A stretch of 61,321 nt of DNA, the filler included, from Asterionella formosa (taxonomy: Eukaryota), in the NCBI GenBank assembly GCA_002256025.1. It is 9 parts of 9 records of this genome, joined end to end, with 100 filler letters (N's around TTAATTAATTAA, not from the genome) between each part and the next. Parts side by side here need not be neighbours in the genome. Positions count along the whole stretch, not along the records: positions 34,163 to 40,885 come from NKIB01012629.1; positions 40,986 to 47,703 come from NKIB01012630.1; 7 more parts are not named here. One strand, written 5' to 3'. The notes beneath the pieces are model-generated. The model made no database searches, was not told the DNA's origin, and saw only the letters and a list, made by a program, of their open reading frames with translations. Of this stretch, positions 34,063 to 47,464 are shown piece by piece. The position numbers and the translations under genes are program-made. Numbering within the stretch: the first letter of the stretch is position 1; each line of letters starts with the position of its first letter.

Positions 34063-37000
34063 NNNNNNNNNNNNNNNNNNNNNNNNNNNNNNNNNNNNNN
34101 NNNNNNTTAATTAATTAANNNNNNNNNNNNNNNNNNNNNNNNNNNNNNNNNNNNNNNNNNNNCTTAATAATTCCTAAAAACGACCGTGTCACCATGAGGA
34201 AAGGTGCTATCCATGAGGCCAACGAAACAGAAAAAGAACAAATCATTCATGTGGTGCAGATCCATAAGATAGCAATGAAACCCCATAGAAAGAGAATGCA
34301 GAAAGATGAGGAGGAGATGGAAAAGCAGACAAAACTTAATGTAGCTAGGAGCTGTGATCAATGATGACGATTGCATGGATGTCAATCACCTTTCACGAAA
34401 GATGATTAGGGACTCACCTATGCTATTAAAACTAGGGAAGCACAGGTCTTGTTGGCAGGCAGTGCTATGGAAAAACCATGCATGTGGAACCACAAGGTCT
34501 TAGAAAGCGCGTTATAAGTGATGACCCTTTTTTTTATGTTGAGCTCGACATTTTGCTCGAACCATTGAGTTATACATTAGATCAGAGGGAAAATGAGCTC
34601 CAAACTGAGCTTAATCATTATCTTATCAAATATGAACACTTTAACCGGTCAATCGTAAAATATCTCCGAGCACACCCTAAAAATATGATAAGCTATACAT
34701 ATTAAGAAAAGTTTTGATCCAATGAAAAATGGATTAGCTGTATCTACTAATCCTTTTATTATTTATTCACATCACGCCTTACTAACCAAGCATAGCACAT
34801 CAATAATGCATCAAAGTATATGTTATTCAATATTTTTGTATAAACTACTCATATGCAAAAACAGTGCACAATGTATGTATTGGTTTACTGCCGGTAGGTA
34901 TGAGGTGATGATTTGCCCCATTATGTTTCACTGTTTACTGTTCTTCAGTTCTCCATCAATTCACTCCCTGATAAAACTAAAATAATTTTTAATCTATAAT
35001 TTACATTGACGATCATAGGAAATAGTGGTCGTTTTGTAGAATTTGGATGAAAATGATTGAGCAATATGACTTATTTGTTCTGCATGGATGATTGTTGCTT
35101 TCATCGAATTGTTTCGTTGTCTCCATCAATTCATTCCCAATTCAAAGCTAAAATTTTTGTTCAAAGAATACTATTAGTTTAAGTTTTCAAAATTGGAATG
35201 GAATTTAGGAAGTAGTACGGAAAAGTCCATGGTAAGGATGATTGTTGATATGCATCAGCCATGCAGCGCGTGCTAAATGAGAACCACGCACATTGCGTCG
35301 ATTTTATACCATCAATTGTTGCCCAATTCCACTCAAACAATTTGCAGTCAAAAAAATACATGAACACGAATAGACAGTTTGAACAAAACTTCCAATCTTG
35401 AATGAAATGATTCATTCCGTACCTGTTTTGTTGATTGTTATATTTATCACTATGTTAGAATGAAGTTCATTCAAATTCCTTTTATTTTTTATCAATTATT
35501 CTCCAAATCAATATACACCTCTCGTGGTGATATTACTATATTTCATTTTAACAGGCTGAGTCTTCGATATCAAACTATGATTCAGAAATGATTGGCTTAT
35601 TACCATTGCCATGCTGGATGTAAGTTGATGGATGAAGAAAAATTGAAGCAAAACTGATACACAAAACTCATTATGAATTTTTCTTGTACAAGTGTTTACG
35701 TTACCATACACTGATCAGTGTAAGCCGTTGTCAGACAAATGGATTGAACAAAAGCATTCGTCAACACCAGCCAAAATACAAGAGGCAATTGCGATAACGG
35801 AAGATCTCATTTTCTAATGTAATAGAAGTATATGTTGAGGAAAACTGATGAGTGTCGCCGTTGCGATGGAAATAGTCTTTATCCCCAGGGTGCCTGTTAC
35901 CCCGAGAGGCTGCTGCATCAGGCGTGATAGTGACTGTGACCTTGTATATAGATATGATGTTATGAATGTTCCTAGTATTGGCAAGGCTGTCAGGGGTTTT
36001 AGTTGGCTGTGTCTATTCATCATATCCATACTTCATAGCCATACGGGTCATTCAGAAAATCTATTTGTATCCACAAGTTCTTGTCGTTGTCAGCAAATTC
36101 TAGTCATTGTCAGAAAGTTCTAAACGTAGAAAAATATGATTCCTATTTGTACGACGAAGCTAGAAGACAGTTTGCTGAACAGGTTTATCAGTCAGCAAAT
36201 CCGAGTCATGTTCAGAGACTGATTCTGCAAATCGTCATCAGTCAATAAGAGTAACGTTTTCCTAAATTACTCAAGGATTATTATTTCAATCGAAAGCTGG
36301 CCTATCTCGTCTGGCAGTCATGAGACAAATCATTGGGAGTGGGTCGAAACTGAAAAGGTGCACATAAAATGTGCACTACAGGACCTTCTACTAGGTGATG
36401 GAGGGTACACAATAATACTGTCGTAGAAACAGCCCACCATTTGTACCTAAATTTACTGGCAATCATGAATCATTTAAGAGGACTAGAAAGTATTATTTGT
36501 AAAGACATATGTTTTTACAAATAATCATTCGATAGATGCATATTAATCATATGATAAATAATGTCATTGCTATGAGAAAATAAATGATCAAAATTATGTG
36601 TAAGTATTAGGATATATTGATGCTTAAAGTAAGATCAAAAGAGCTAAATATTTTTATCTATGATCTAATTTTATTGGCAATCATTTCTTAACAGAAAGTA
36701 TGATCTGTTATTCATAACATTTGATTTACATATCCTACACGTTTGATAAAAGCATATTTATCACATGATAACTGATGTCAATGATATGAGAAAATGAACC
36801 ATCTAATTATTACATGATTTGTACCATATGAAAAATGTTGTAGTTAGACTCCCGGTAATTGAGGGGCTTAATTAAATCAGTGACTTGTAGGTACAAGAAT
36901 TGTTGATGTGGAAAATATTCAAAAACAGTACATCAGGTCATGGAAAACAATGATATCCTCATGGATTGTATATATCTGAATTATTTATAAGATTAAATGA

Positions 37001-38834
37001 TGATAGTATACATATGATGTGCAATTTAAAGTGTGTCTTTGAACTATGAAAGTGTTCAACTATACATATCTTCACATATTACAAATTAAAAAAATGCATA
37101 CATGGCTATTCCATTTGAAATCGTGAGTCTGCAAATAAAAAGTATCATGCATATAGGATCAAAGGTATCGTGCGCTAAGTGGCACAGGATTTTCGTATAT
37201 ATGATAATTTTTGGATCAAAACTATGATCAAGGTATCCTATAACTATGATGATTTATTAATATTTTACCGACCTTGAAGTATAATGATAATAAGAACATT
37301 ATCATCACACAATGTATATCAACTGATCAACAACATTTCTCATTAAAATCATAAACCTTCTCATATTATTTTCAATTCTCGTGATTGCCTGATGAAAATT
37401 ATTACTACATCGCATCCTAAAATCAGCTCAACTCTATGCTATCATGTGAATTGTTTCATTGTAAATCTATCTTAAATATGATCATGATTCTAATCACAAG
37501 CATTGTTCAAAAAGGATTGGAATGGATCGTAATTTAACTATCAAATTTAACAATGATATTTCTGTTTCGACAGCTACCTGAGGAATGTTTCTCTCCTCCT
37601 CTCCAATTGTCTCAATGTATATTGTTCCTGTCTCGCCCTTTTCTTCATCTATTCTGAATCTTGTGCCAAGCAGTGCCTTACTAATGTTGTGTCTCTTTCC
37701 CTGCTGCTAGTGTCATTCTGAACTAGCCGGCTATTCCATTGTTTGATCGGTTTTATTCTTGTCCTATGCAGTTACAGTAACAATGAGAAGGAATGAATTG
37801 TTAGCTAGACATGATTTGACACTGACACAACATCACGCCATTCCATCTTATCCTCTTGCTTGCTTCACTTACCACATCCAAATCAAAGCAAGTGATACAT
37901 AAGTCTGTAATAGTAAATTGTCATTAAATTCTTAAAAAAGTAAGTTTCAGGTTTTCAATGTTGTCGACTAAAACTTACCGATTCATTTTCGTTTGCTTTA
38001 CTTTGAGAGAAGGTAAAGTGGCGTGTCCGTCAGTTATGTTCCAGCAGAAGTGAATAGGTCCAATGACAAGAGCACTTACCAATTTTGTTTTGTTTTACAT
38101 TGGTGCTCCCCAACAAGCGAAACGAGCTATTGAATCAACTAAGAAAAAGGAAATGTGAGTTTAGTTTACAATTTGTTGTTGTCCTGCCTCCCAACGATTG
38201 TCATCCAAGTACCACATTGATGTCTTCATTACCTTAAACATACTCCATCCTTCGAAGGCGCAATGTGTCAAAGCCACAATATTTTTCGTTATTGCGTAAA
38301 CTTTCCTTTCTTGTCATATGCTTTACTACTATGCATATTTCTTTGCATGAAGCAGGCATGGTTCGATAACATTACAGAATGATTTCAAAAATATTTGCCA
38401 TGTATATAGTTATAAAATTTGTAAATATATAAATATATCAAGTGTTGTACATTTATAAAAATCAAAGGCAATCTCAATATGGCACATCTGGTATTGTTGA
38501 GATGATCATATTCGCATATAGATAATTCGAAAATATTCAATTCACGATATGTCCATTGTTTTCCACGACATCTTGTACTGGTACTTTTTATGAAATTTGT
38601 TTGCATCAATATTTTCTATGTCCGTTGGAACTTATTTTTTAGGCCATTCAATTGGTGTAAGTCATAACCCATTTGTATTATTTCTATGCAAGGATTTTGG
38701 TAGCAAGTTATTAAAGCCCCTTTTTTGGGCGGGAGTTCTTCATGTGTACAGGTACATCATATGACAATAACATTTTACATTTTATCATATATATATACAG
38801 AGTACCAGTAGCAGGTAGGAAATGATATACTGGG

Positions 38835-39095
38835 GTAGTCGGAGTAGTAAGCGAGCAACAGAACCACACCATATGTTCAGGACTGTTGCTACTGCAGCAG
38901 GACAGCAAAGCATCATAGTTTCAGGATCGCATGATCATAAAATTGAAAAAGGATAGTCGGAGTAGTAAGCGAGCCACAGAACACCACATGTTCATGACTG
39001 TTGATACTGCAGCAGGACAGTAAATAAAAAATAGTTTCAGGATCATATGATCGTAAAATTGAAAGAGCTTAGTTGGAGTAGTAAGCAAGCAACAG
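38835..39095. repeat. ~118-bp tandem repeat running into an assembly gap
   Basis: TAGTCGGAGTAGTAAGCGAGC.ACAGAAC...CTGCAGCAGGACAG...ATAGTTTCAGGATC..ATGATC.TAAAATTGAAA occurs twice, and a third unit starts at ~39070 before the N-gap. Confidence 0.9.
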
Positions 39096-41021
39096 NNNNN
39101 NNNNNNNNNNNNNNNNNNNNNNNNNNNNNNNNNNNNNNNNNNNNNNNNNNNNNNNNNNNNNNNNNNNNNNNNNNNNNNNNNNNNNNNNNNNNNNNNNNNN
39201 NNNNNNNNNNNNNNNNNNNNNNNNNNNNNNNNNNNNNNNNNNNNNNNNNNNNNNNNNNNNNNNNNNNNNNNNNNNNNNNNNNNNNNNNNNNNNNNNNNNN
39301 NNNNNNNNNNNNNNNNNNNNNNNNNNNNNNNNNNNNNNNNNNNNNNNNNNNNNNNNNNNNNNNNNNNNNNNNNNNNNNNNNNNNNNNNNNNNNNNNNNNN
39401 NNNNNNNNNNNNNNNNNNNNNNNNNNNNNNNNNNNNNNNNNNNNNNNNNNNNNNNNNNNNNNNNNNNNNNNNNNNNNNNNNNNNNNNNNNNNNNNNNNNN
39501 NNNNNNNNNNNNNNNNNNNNNNNNNNNTGTAAAGAGATTCATGGAAACAAGCGACATGTGGCAAATACTGCCGGTATGGAACAAAGAAGCAAGTTCCAAA
39601 ATGAGTTAACAAAGAAAAAGCGAGTAGGCGACTATCCAAAGGAGCCCAATCGGCAACAGGGAGTTAGTGGGGGTGCTACCCCATTGTCAATGGGGACACC
39701 ATCAGCTACTAGTACAAAGGATCCCATAATTGATACTGAAAGTGATGATGGCGTTTCTTTTTCAGTTGTTGATATAAGAAAAATGGCTCCTGTCGATGAT
39801 CCCATTAATAACTCCTGGATGCAGATGGATGACATGGTACCATATCATAAATTTTCTAATTGCACGGACCAACAAGTACATGACAAACTGAGGGAAAAAC
39901 ATTTTGCACTTGCCAAAGGATATTATCAATTGGTCAATGAACTCAATCACTACAAAGGTCGTAATTTGCTTGGTTCAAAACTCGTCCATACAAGGTTATC
40001 AAGAATCTTCAATTTCAGCAGCCTTATCAGAACGTCGTTCTCGCTTAGCTAAAATTGAACCATCAATTGTAAAAGAGGTTCACAACCTGAGGTTGTGAGT
40101 TTTATTTTCAAGACCAAGATCCAAATGTTCATCCAAACTTGAATCTTTTCCTGGATCACGGACTTGACATAACCCATCATTTATAGCAAAAAGATCATGC
40201 ACAAAATGGTTGTTTTCCTCCTCATCTGATCTTTTGCAATAAACAATTAGCACATAGTTACTGTCATGATGAAGTGGATGACAATCACCTTGGTATCTAT
40301 ACGGTTTGTTATTACCCTTTTCTGGGTTCTCATCCAGATCAAATATAACCTTTACATCTGTTGGATGAAGTTCATGAATTATATAATGGGTCATAGAGGT
40401 AATTGTTTCAAGGTCCGCCCCAATATGCAAGATCTTGAAAATCTTGAAGATGATTTTTTGATACCTTACTTTGACTCCATAAAATACAGAGGCGTAGTAA
40501 ATTGCATATTTCTTTTGGAGTACGTGTGTACAAATCTTTCCACAATATTAGTTGTCCATGCGTTTTCGGCAAACTCAAGGAAAATGCAGTTCGCTTTGGC
40601 ATAATAACTCAACACATTACACATGCTGAGCGACTCTTCACAAAAGTAGTAGCTAGCTGCCTTCGGGATTGTTCTCGATGATTTTACAAAGAAATCCTTA
40701 TCTTTTTCTTCCATGTATGATTTGGAAAAAGTTTCAAAATTTTTTTCTTCAAACTTTGTTCCCGACTCAGTGCATCAACTGCCTTAGCCAGCATGGTCAT
40801 CACATCTCTGTCTGCATTGATCTTCTTGAATTCGAGGTCTTGATCTAGCTCGGACTTTTTCTTGAATATATTTTCTTTTAGAAATNNNNNNNNNNNNNNN
40901 NNNNNNNNNNNNNNNNNNNNNNNNNNNNNTTAATTAATTAANNNNNNNNNNNNNNNNNNNNNNNNNNNNNNNNNNNNNNNNNNNNTATTTCTACAATTGC
41001 TGTACACATACATTTCGAAGA

Positions 41022-44000
41022 ATGAAATCAGCGACTCGGACTGGGAGCACTCTTGTTCGACTTGCCAAGTCAAACTCTCGGCTCACATATCGGCTTCAAA
41101 ACACGGCGAGGAATCAGACCTTCCAGCAAACCACTGAATCAACAGTCCGATTGTCATCGTCTGCAGCAGCGCAGCCAGACCTTTCGTGGCTTGACAAATC
41201 CGAGCATCAGAATCGGGCCGATCAGTTGGAGCATGAGCGCATGGTCAGTGTCGCAGATCGTATCTGTCGAGCACGCCAAGTCAACGGCAGCAGCATTCAT
41301 GAGATTCGACAGGCGTTTCAATATTTTTCAGGAAACAGATCACGAGCCTTTACCACTGACATCGATTATGGAGGCATGCTTTGGAATGCTATTAAAGAAC
41401 ATGCTTCTGACCAAAGCATTTTACGGATCATTGAGACAGAGGACAGCCCCAGTGGAGGCCTAGTCAATCTAATGGAGCAATACCTTACTCCATTTCGAGG
41501 AACACATAGTGCCACCAAGCAGGCGTCTGGTCATCGAGGAAGACGTGACAACAAATCGGTCCTCCTGTCGGCATTGTTGAAGTCGAGCAAGGTACAGGGA
41601 GATTTAATAGATATACTGCAACGAGGTCTTCTCAAACGTGATTTATATACCTGCAACATTACAATGGCGCTTTGGTCCCATCGGTGCTTTTTCCTCAAGG
41701 CTTTCGGAAGCAATTCGTTGGACGAAGGTACAATCCAGGAATCGTTGGGAGGAGCTACAACAGTGGAAGCTTGCCTATTAGCTATGCAAGATGACATTGA
41801 TGAATTTTTAAAAGATCGAAAAGGCGTTAATGTCTCAGACATGTACAATATTCTGATTGGTGCATGGACGAATTCCGGATTGCACCGGAACATTGAAAGA
41901 GTGCAAGAGATCCTAGACAAGATGGAAGCCGACCCTTCACTTTCACCGGACATTGTGACATACAATTCAATTCTTCACGCATATAGCCAACGGGCAGAAT
42001 CAGATTCAACATGCTTGCATCGTGCTTCCCAATTGTTTCGACGAATGAAGGAAAAAGGAAAAGTTGATGTTGTCAGTTACTCAACTCTCATTTTGGCCCA
42101 TTCGAAGGCTGGCCTAAACCTGAAAAGCGAAGAAATATTAGACCAAATGGAACTTAGTGCAAAAGAAACAGGAATATATCCCAACGATATTTGTTACAAC
42201 ACACTTCTTGATGCCTACTCCCGAGAAGGCACTGTTGAGGCGGCACAACGAGCCGAGGCGCTCGTGGAAAGGATGACTCAGATGAGTGAATCCGGTAAAA
42301 ATAAACATGCTTCCCCAGATCGAGTGAGCTACACGTCTGTCATTAAAGCGTGGAGGAATTCGGAGAGTAGAAATGCTGCGGAACGAGCAGAGGCAATCCT
42401 GTTTCGATGTCAAGAACTCGCTCACGACAACAGTGTTCTGAAGCCAGATGCTGTCATGTTCAACACTGTTTTGAGCGTGTGGGCAAAATTCAGTGAAATC
42501 AATCGGGGGAGCGAAATTGGTGCTCAAAGGGCAGATAGACTCTTGTCTCAAATGAAATTAGACTTCCAGACAAAACCAGATACCATAAGCTACAACAGTG
42601 TGATGCAGGCGTGGTCAAAAAGTGATAGTCCCAACGCAGCTACACGAGTTCTTGAACTATTGGAAGAAATGAAGTCGTCAGATCATCGCAAGTGCAAACC
42701 AGATCATCGCACCTGCAACACCATTCTGATGACTTTATCAAAGAGCCGCGAAGGTGACTCGGTAAAGCTTGTTGAAGACTTTCTCGTAGAAATGAAAAAG
42801 GACGGAATTCCACCAACGGTGTTCCAGTATAATGTTTTGATGAGTACGATTGTTGCAGCTGATGTCGATAACGCATCAACAAGAGTAGAGGGCATCCTTC
42901 AAATGATGGAGGAAGCTTTTCAGAAGGGAAATTCGGATATGGGACCTAACATGCACTCCTACAACATTGCGATGAACGCATACTCAAAAAGCGAAGATCC
43001 TGACGCCTCCAAGAAGATTGATGCTATACTTCGACGAATGCCTGGTTTCAATGGAATCTCGACAACAATGGGATTGAATACTCTAATTGACGCTCATGCT
43101 AGAGCGGGTAGAGCAGATGCCGCTGAGAGTGTCTTGAGAGACATGCTCAAGATTCCTGAGTTGAGAGTAGAAAATGTAAGCTTTAACACTGTCATCAACG
43201 CTTATGCAAAAAGCAATGATCCTGATGCTCCTCTTCGCGCTGAGGCCTTGCTAGGGGAGATGTATGATGCATTTGAGGCGGGGAATCTTGCAGTGAAACC
43301 AGATGCCGTCACGTTTTCATCCGTGATAAATTGCTGGGCTCGCAGCAAACGAATTGGTGCAGCGGAACGTGCAGAATCAATTCTGAATCGAATGGACGAG
43401 CTTTCTAAGCATGGACACAATAATCTCGCCCCAACAGCGATCGCGTACAGTACCACCATGAACGCATGGGCCCGTAGTGGACTCGACGAAGCTCCCACAC
43501 GAGCGAAGGCCCTCCTAAATCGGATGGAGGAGGCCCATGCGTCAGGCAAACTTGAGGCCAAACCTTCACATTTCTGCTACAATGCTGTTTTGAATGCCAT
43601 TGCCAAGGGCAATGACGAAAATAAAGTGTCTGATGCTATTTCAATGCTGGGACGAATGAAGCAGGCTTTTTTGGACGGAAATCACGACGCAAAGCCAACA
43701 AGTACATCGTACGCGACAGTTCTCAATGCCTGTGCTTTTATCAGGGGAACACCTGAAGAGAAATTGGAATCATTTAATACCGCAAGGCAGATCTTCAGAG
43801 AATTGCTTCAGTCTGATTACTGCGAACCAAATATGGTTACATACGTGAATTTTATGTCATGCTGTGGAATTCTTCTACCCCAAGGAGACGATCGAACCAA
43901 CATTGCATGTTCTATTTTTCGACACAGCTACCAAAGAGGGATGATGCACGAGAAACTCATTTCCGGATTTCGGCGCTCTGTGGCACCCGAAACATTCCGT

Positions 44001-44054
44001 CGTGAGATGAATGAAATGACTAATTACATGAGACGTTCAGAGAGTCAAGTGTGA
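41022..44054 (+). CDS. Pentatricopeptide repeat (PPR) protein, 1010 aa, probably organellar
   Basis: Many PPR motifs (PDIVTYNSILHAY, PNDICYNTLLDAY, PDRVSYTSVIKAW, PDTISYNSVMQAW, PDAVTFSSVINCW). The basic Ser/Thr/Arg-rich N-terminus resembles a mitochondrial transit peptide. Confidence 0.95.
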   Translation: MKSATRTGSTLVRLAKSNSRLTYRLQNTARNQTFQQTTESTVRLSSSAAAQPDLSWLDKSEHQNRADQLEHERMVSVADRICRARQVNGSSIHEIRQAFQYFSGNRSRAFTTDIDYGGMLWNAIKEHASDQSILRIIETEDSPSGGLVNLMEQYLTPFRGTHSATKQASGHRGRRDNKSVLLSALLKSSKVQGDLIDILQRGLLKRDLYTCNITMALWSHRCFFLKAFGSNSLDEGTIQESLGGATTVEACLLAMQDDIDEFLKDRKGVNVSDMYNILIGAWTNSGLHRNIERVQEILDKMEADPSLSPDIVTYNSILHAYSQRAESDSTCLHRASQLFRRMKEKGKVDVVSYSTLILAHSKAGLNLKSEEILDQMELSAKETGIYPNDICYNTLLDAYSREGTVEAAQRAEALVERMTQMSESGKNKHASPDRVSYTSVIKAWRNSESRNAAERAEAILFRCQELAHDNSVLKPDAVMFNTVLSVWAKFSEINRGSEIGAQRADRLLSQMKLDFQTKPDTISYNSVMQAWSKSDSPNAATRVLELLEEMKSSDHRKCKPDHRTCNTILMTLSKSREGDSVKLVEDFLVEMKKDGIPPTVFQYNVLMSTIVAADVDNASTRVEGILQMMEEAFQKGNSDMGPNMHSYNIAMNAYSKSEDPDASKKIDAILRRMPGFNGISTTMGLNTLIDAHARAGRADAAESVLRDMLKIPELRVENVSFNTVINAYAKSNDPDAPLRAEALLGEMYDAFEAGNLAVKPDAVTFSSVINCWARSKRIGAAERAESILNRMDELSKHGHNNLAPTAIAYSTTMNAWARSGLDEAPTRAKALLNRMEEAHASGKLEAKPSHFCYNAVLNAIAKGNDENKVSDAISMLGRMKQAFLDGNHDAKPTSTSYATVLNACAFIRGTPEEKLESFNTARQIFRELLQSDYCEPNMVTYVNFMSCCGILLPQGDDRTNIACSIFRHSYQRGMMHEKLISGFRRSVAPETFRREMNEMTNYMRRSESQV

Positions 44055-44576
44055 ATATAATCGATCTCTTCATAATGACAGGTAGTTGACTTTCACCCCG
44101 TGTAGTTGCTTTCCTCGGTATGTTGGCTTTGCAGGACGCCAAAAGAATACTCCTTACTTCATTATTTACTTGCATAACAATAGAGTATTTCAAAACGAGC
44201 TAGGAGTTCCACTTTTCGTTTGCTGTTGGTACATACGGAAGAGGAATATTTCTACCTCTAGACATGTTGAGTCCTTTAGTTGTCTGCAAACTTCGATGTA
44301 AGCCTCGCTTAATGTTGAGTCCAACGTGTTCAGACTTTAAAACTTACATAGGAATTCTTCCTTGCCGAATAGTAAAAGCGATGATGCACTGTCGAGCTGA
44401 AGCTAGCTGTCCCGACTTGTTGAATATTCTATTTTTGGTATGAATCCTCTGTCAATAATATGTATCTGACGATTTTATTTCTATGAAAACCAAGGGGCCC
44501 CAATGAGAAATGGACGTATATATAGCAGTAGTAGGATACGGTAATACTGATAAAATACAATGTCCAAATATGCCGT

Positions 44577-45647
44577 CTAGTAGTATTTCTTTAAAATTCT
44601 TTGTTTTGCTTCGTACGCTCGTTGTCCCAGCTCCGATTGATTTCTAAAGGTGCTCAAGGGTATTTCTTTGAAAAACGTCAACAGGGCTTTCTTTTGATCT
44701 CTCAAAAATTCTCCACCATGCCATGACCACGGATCGGTGGAACCATTTCTGTCAAGATTGAAAAACACAATGACATGACCTTGTTGAGGCAAAATACGAA
44801 TGCCTGTGGTGGTGGAATTCCCATGATACACATGTCGAGCAGTTTCCAATAGGGTTGTTGAATACACTTGGTCCTTTTCTTTTAAAGTGTGGTGAATATT
44901 ATTTTTCAGGAGAGTTTGAGAAGCGTGGATGGCGCTTCGATGTGTATCGCTCCCCTGTAAATCCGGCGCCATTGGAACAGCCAATGGAAACATGGTCGCT
45001 CCCGATTCTGACGATGTGAGGTACAACAGTGCCGTGATATGACGGAAGAGCTTCCCATTATTAGTGTCCACATGAAGTCCATCAGGCAGTATATCGTTCG
45101 GATGACTGTCCGAGGATAAAGAGCAATGCCTTGGCTCGTAGGTAATGTACCTGGGGCACTGTGGTTCTCCATCATGCGTGGGAGACAAAGTCAGTTCAGC
45201 GATCTTTTGAGTCACGAAATGAAGGAGTCTTGTGGATTCGAAAGAAGGTTCCTTCTCAAAATGAGCGACGAGAATATTACACTCTTCGTGCGTCAATAGG
45301 GGAAAGGATGACTGCAATAGGAGCGGTTCTCGAGACAACGGAACCAACGTTACGTCGCCGCTTGTCGCCACTGTCGCATCGTCGCGAAACTTACTGATCC
45401 GGTTGAGATCGCTTGCCAAGACTTTGTTGCCTTGATTCTCCGGTGAATTTTGAAGGTAATGACTCTTGCTTGACGTAAGGATTATTTTCCGAGAAGCAAC
45501 CCCGCCGGTTATGTCCTGCAGCAAAAAACTGGAAGCTGTCGAGTTCCAGAAGACAAGCAACCAAGCCACATAGAATCGCCTCCATCTAGTTGTCAACGAC
45601 CGTTGAAATTCATTACATTCATGTTCTAATCGAATCATGTTTATCAT
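44577..45647 (-). CDS. 2OG-Fe(II) dioxygenase, prolyl-4-hydroxylase-like
   Basis: HxD motif GLHVDTN, ITALLYL...GATMFP, distal His in DPWSWHGG and a terminal K. N-terminal hydrophobic stretch ending ASSF suggests plastid targeting. Confidence 0.85.
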   Translation of the reverse strand: MINMIRLEHECNEFQRSLTTRWRRFYVAWLLVFWNSTASSFLLQDITGGVASRKIILTSSKSHYLQNSPENQGNKVLASDLNRISKFRDDATVATSGDVTLVPLSREPLLLQSSFPLLTHEECNILVAHFEKEPSFESTRLLHFVTQKIAELTLSPTHDGEPQCPRYITYEPRHCSLSSDSHPNDILPDGLHVDTNNGKLFRHITALLYLTSSESGATMFPLAVPMAPDLQGSDTHRSAIHASQTLLKNNIHHTLKEKDQVYSTTLLETARHVYHGNSTTTGIRILPQQGHVIVFFNLDRNGSTDPWSWHGGEFLRDQKKALLTFFKEIPLSTFRNQSELGQRAYEAKQRILKKYY

Positions 45648-46564
45648 TCCAGATGCTTCATCATTCAGCAAGGTAAGCAACAACCTCCGTCCACTCAGTC
45701 AAGCATTCACGGCATGATGATGATGGAATAATCAATGATTGGACGAGCCATCAGGGGAGGATGATATTATTCCAGCGCCGACGAGATGTAGAATATTTCT
45801 ATTATATATGTCGTGAAAGTTGATAGCCAATGTTGCATTTTGTGTTCTTTTATGTAGTAGTCTAGCAATAAAAATATATATATGCAAGTATTGGTGCAGG
45901 ATNNNNNNNNNNNNNNNNNNNNNNNNNNNNNNNNNNNNNNNNNNNNNNNNNNNNNNNNNNNNNNNNNNNNNNNNNNNNNNNNNNNNNNNNNNNNNNNNNN
46001 NNNNNNNNNNNNNNNNNNNNNNNNNNNNNNNNNNNNNNNNNNNNNNNNNNNNNNNNNNNNNNNNNNNNNNNNNNNNNNNNNNNNNNNNNNNNNNNNNNNN
46101 NNNNNNNNNNNNNNNNNNNNNNNNNNNNNNNNNNNNNNNNNNNNNNNNNNNNNNNNNNNNNNNNNNNNNNNNNNNNNNNNNNNNNNNNNNNNNNNNNNNN
46201 NNNNNNNNNNNNNNNNNNNNNNNNNNNNNNNNNNNNNNNNNNNNNNNNNNNNNNNNNNNNNNNNNNNNNNNNNNNNNNNNNNNNNNNNNNNNNNNNNNNN
46301 NNNNNNNNNNNNNNNNNNNNNNNNNNNNNNNNNNNNNNNNNNNNNNNNNNNNNNNNNNNNNNNNNNNNNNNNNNNNNNNNNNNNNNNNNNNNNNNNNNNN
46401 NNNNNNNNNNNNNNNNNNNNNAATGTGATTGTTTGCTCGGAAGGGGAAGAAATGTTCTCTATTGAAATTAGCAAAAATGAAAATCTATAAGTAAGTATGA
46501 ATATGTCGTCATGAATAGTATTGAATCCATTCTCAACCCCCCTCTTGCAGCATTATTGCAAATA

Positions 46565-47464
46565 TTATTGGTCGGCATCGTCAGTCGTTGGCTTCGACTT
46601 GGACGCCTCACGAAACTCAAGCCAAGTAGACGACGCTCCAATTAAACGACGTTTCTTTGCTATCAATTTGGTAGGTTGATTAAAGACGCCATGTGTATCC
46701 TTTTTGCAGATTGGGCATGTCCCCTTGTCTTGCTGCCTAGTAAAATCCATGATACATTTCTCGCAAAAGTAGTGCCCGCAAGCAGTCACAGCAGGATCTG
46801 TGAAGGCTTCTCGACAGAGATAGCAAGCAAATGGCAACCCGTCATCAGGAATTAAATCATTTATCTTGTTCTCGTGTCCCGAGAACAAGTCAAGTTCTCT
46901 TTGTGCCGCATCTTTTTTCTTTTGCGCTTCCCACTGCTGCTCCAGTTGCCATCCGCTGAGCGAGTCACCTCGATCATGCAAATATATGCATGTATCCCCA
47001 AATCCACAAAACCCGGTATCCTTGTAATCCTTACAGATATCTGGTTGATAATCAAATCGGCAGGTGGTTCGCACAAAAGCAGAGGCCTTGATTGGTCCAG
47101 CAAGGAACTTGTTGCGTTCCTTATTTCGAAAGATGCCATCGTCCTTGTCCTCGCCACTGCTGCCATTCCCTGCTTTTCTTAGGAGTTCCGTGGGATGATG
47201 CTGAGCCGTTGATGTTGCTAGTTCTGCCGCGGACGGTCCCTTAGTATCAGCCACCTTGTATTCCTGCATCAAGGTGGCATCCTTGTCATTGCCTGCAGCA
47301 GCAACCTTGCGTTTCTTGTTGTTGGCTTCCTTTTTTGCCTCTTTAATTAACTGGCTTGTGTCTCCTTCGTTGGATGCATCGTTGTCTTTATCCTCCTCAT
47401 CGTCGCGTTGTCGTGTATTGTTGCGAAGTGAGCACTTGGTGGTTCGTTTTGGTTTACGAAACAT
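46565..47464 (-). CDS. CWC24: Pre-mRNA splicing factor CWC24/RNF113A (CCCH + RING)
   Basis: GPIKASAFVRTTCRFDYQPDICKDYKDTGFCGFGDTCIYLHDRGD and RING LPFACYLCREAFTDPAVTACGHYFCEKC...CPIC. Confidence 0.97.
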   Translation of the reverse strand: MFRKPKRTTKCSLRNNTRQRDDEEDKDNDASNEGDTSQLIKEAKKEANNKKRKVAAAGNDKDATLMQEYKVADTKGPSAAELATSTAQHHPTELLRKAGNGSSGEDKDDGIFRNKERNKFLAGPIKASAFVRTTCRFDYQPDICKDYKDTGFCGFGDTCIYLHDRGDSLSGWQLEQQWEAQKKKDAAQRELDLFSGHENKINDLIPDDGLPFACYLCREAFTDPAVTACGHYFCEKCIMDFTRQQDKGTCPICKKDTHGVFNQPTKLIAKKRRLIGASSTWLEFREASKSKPTTDDADQ

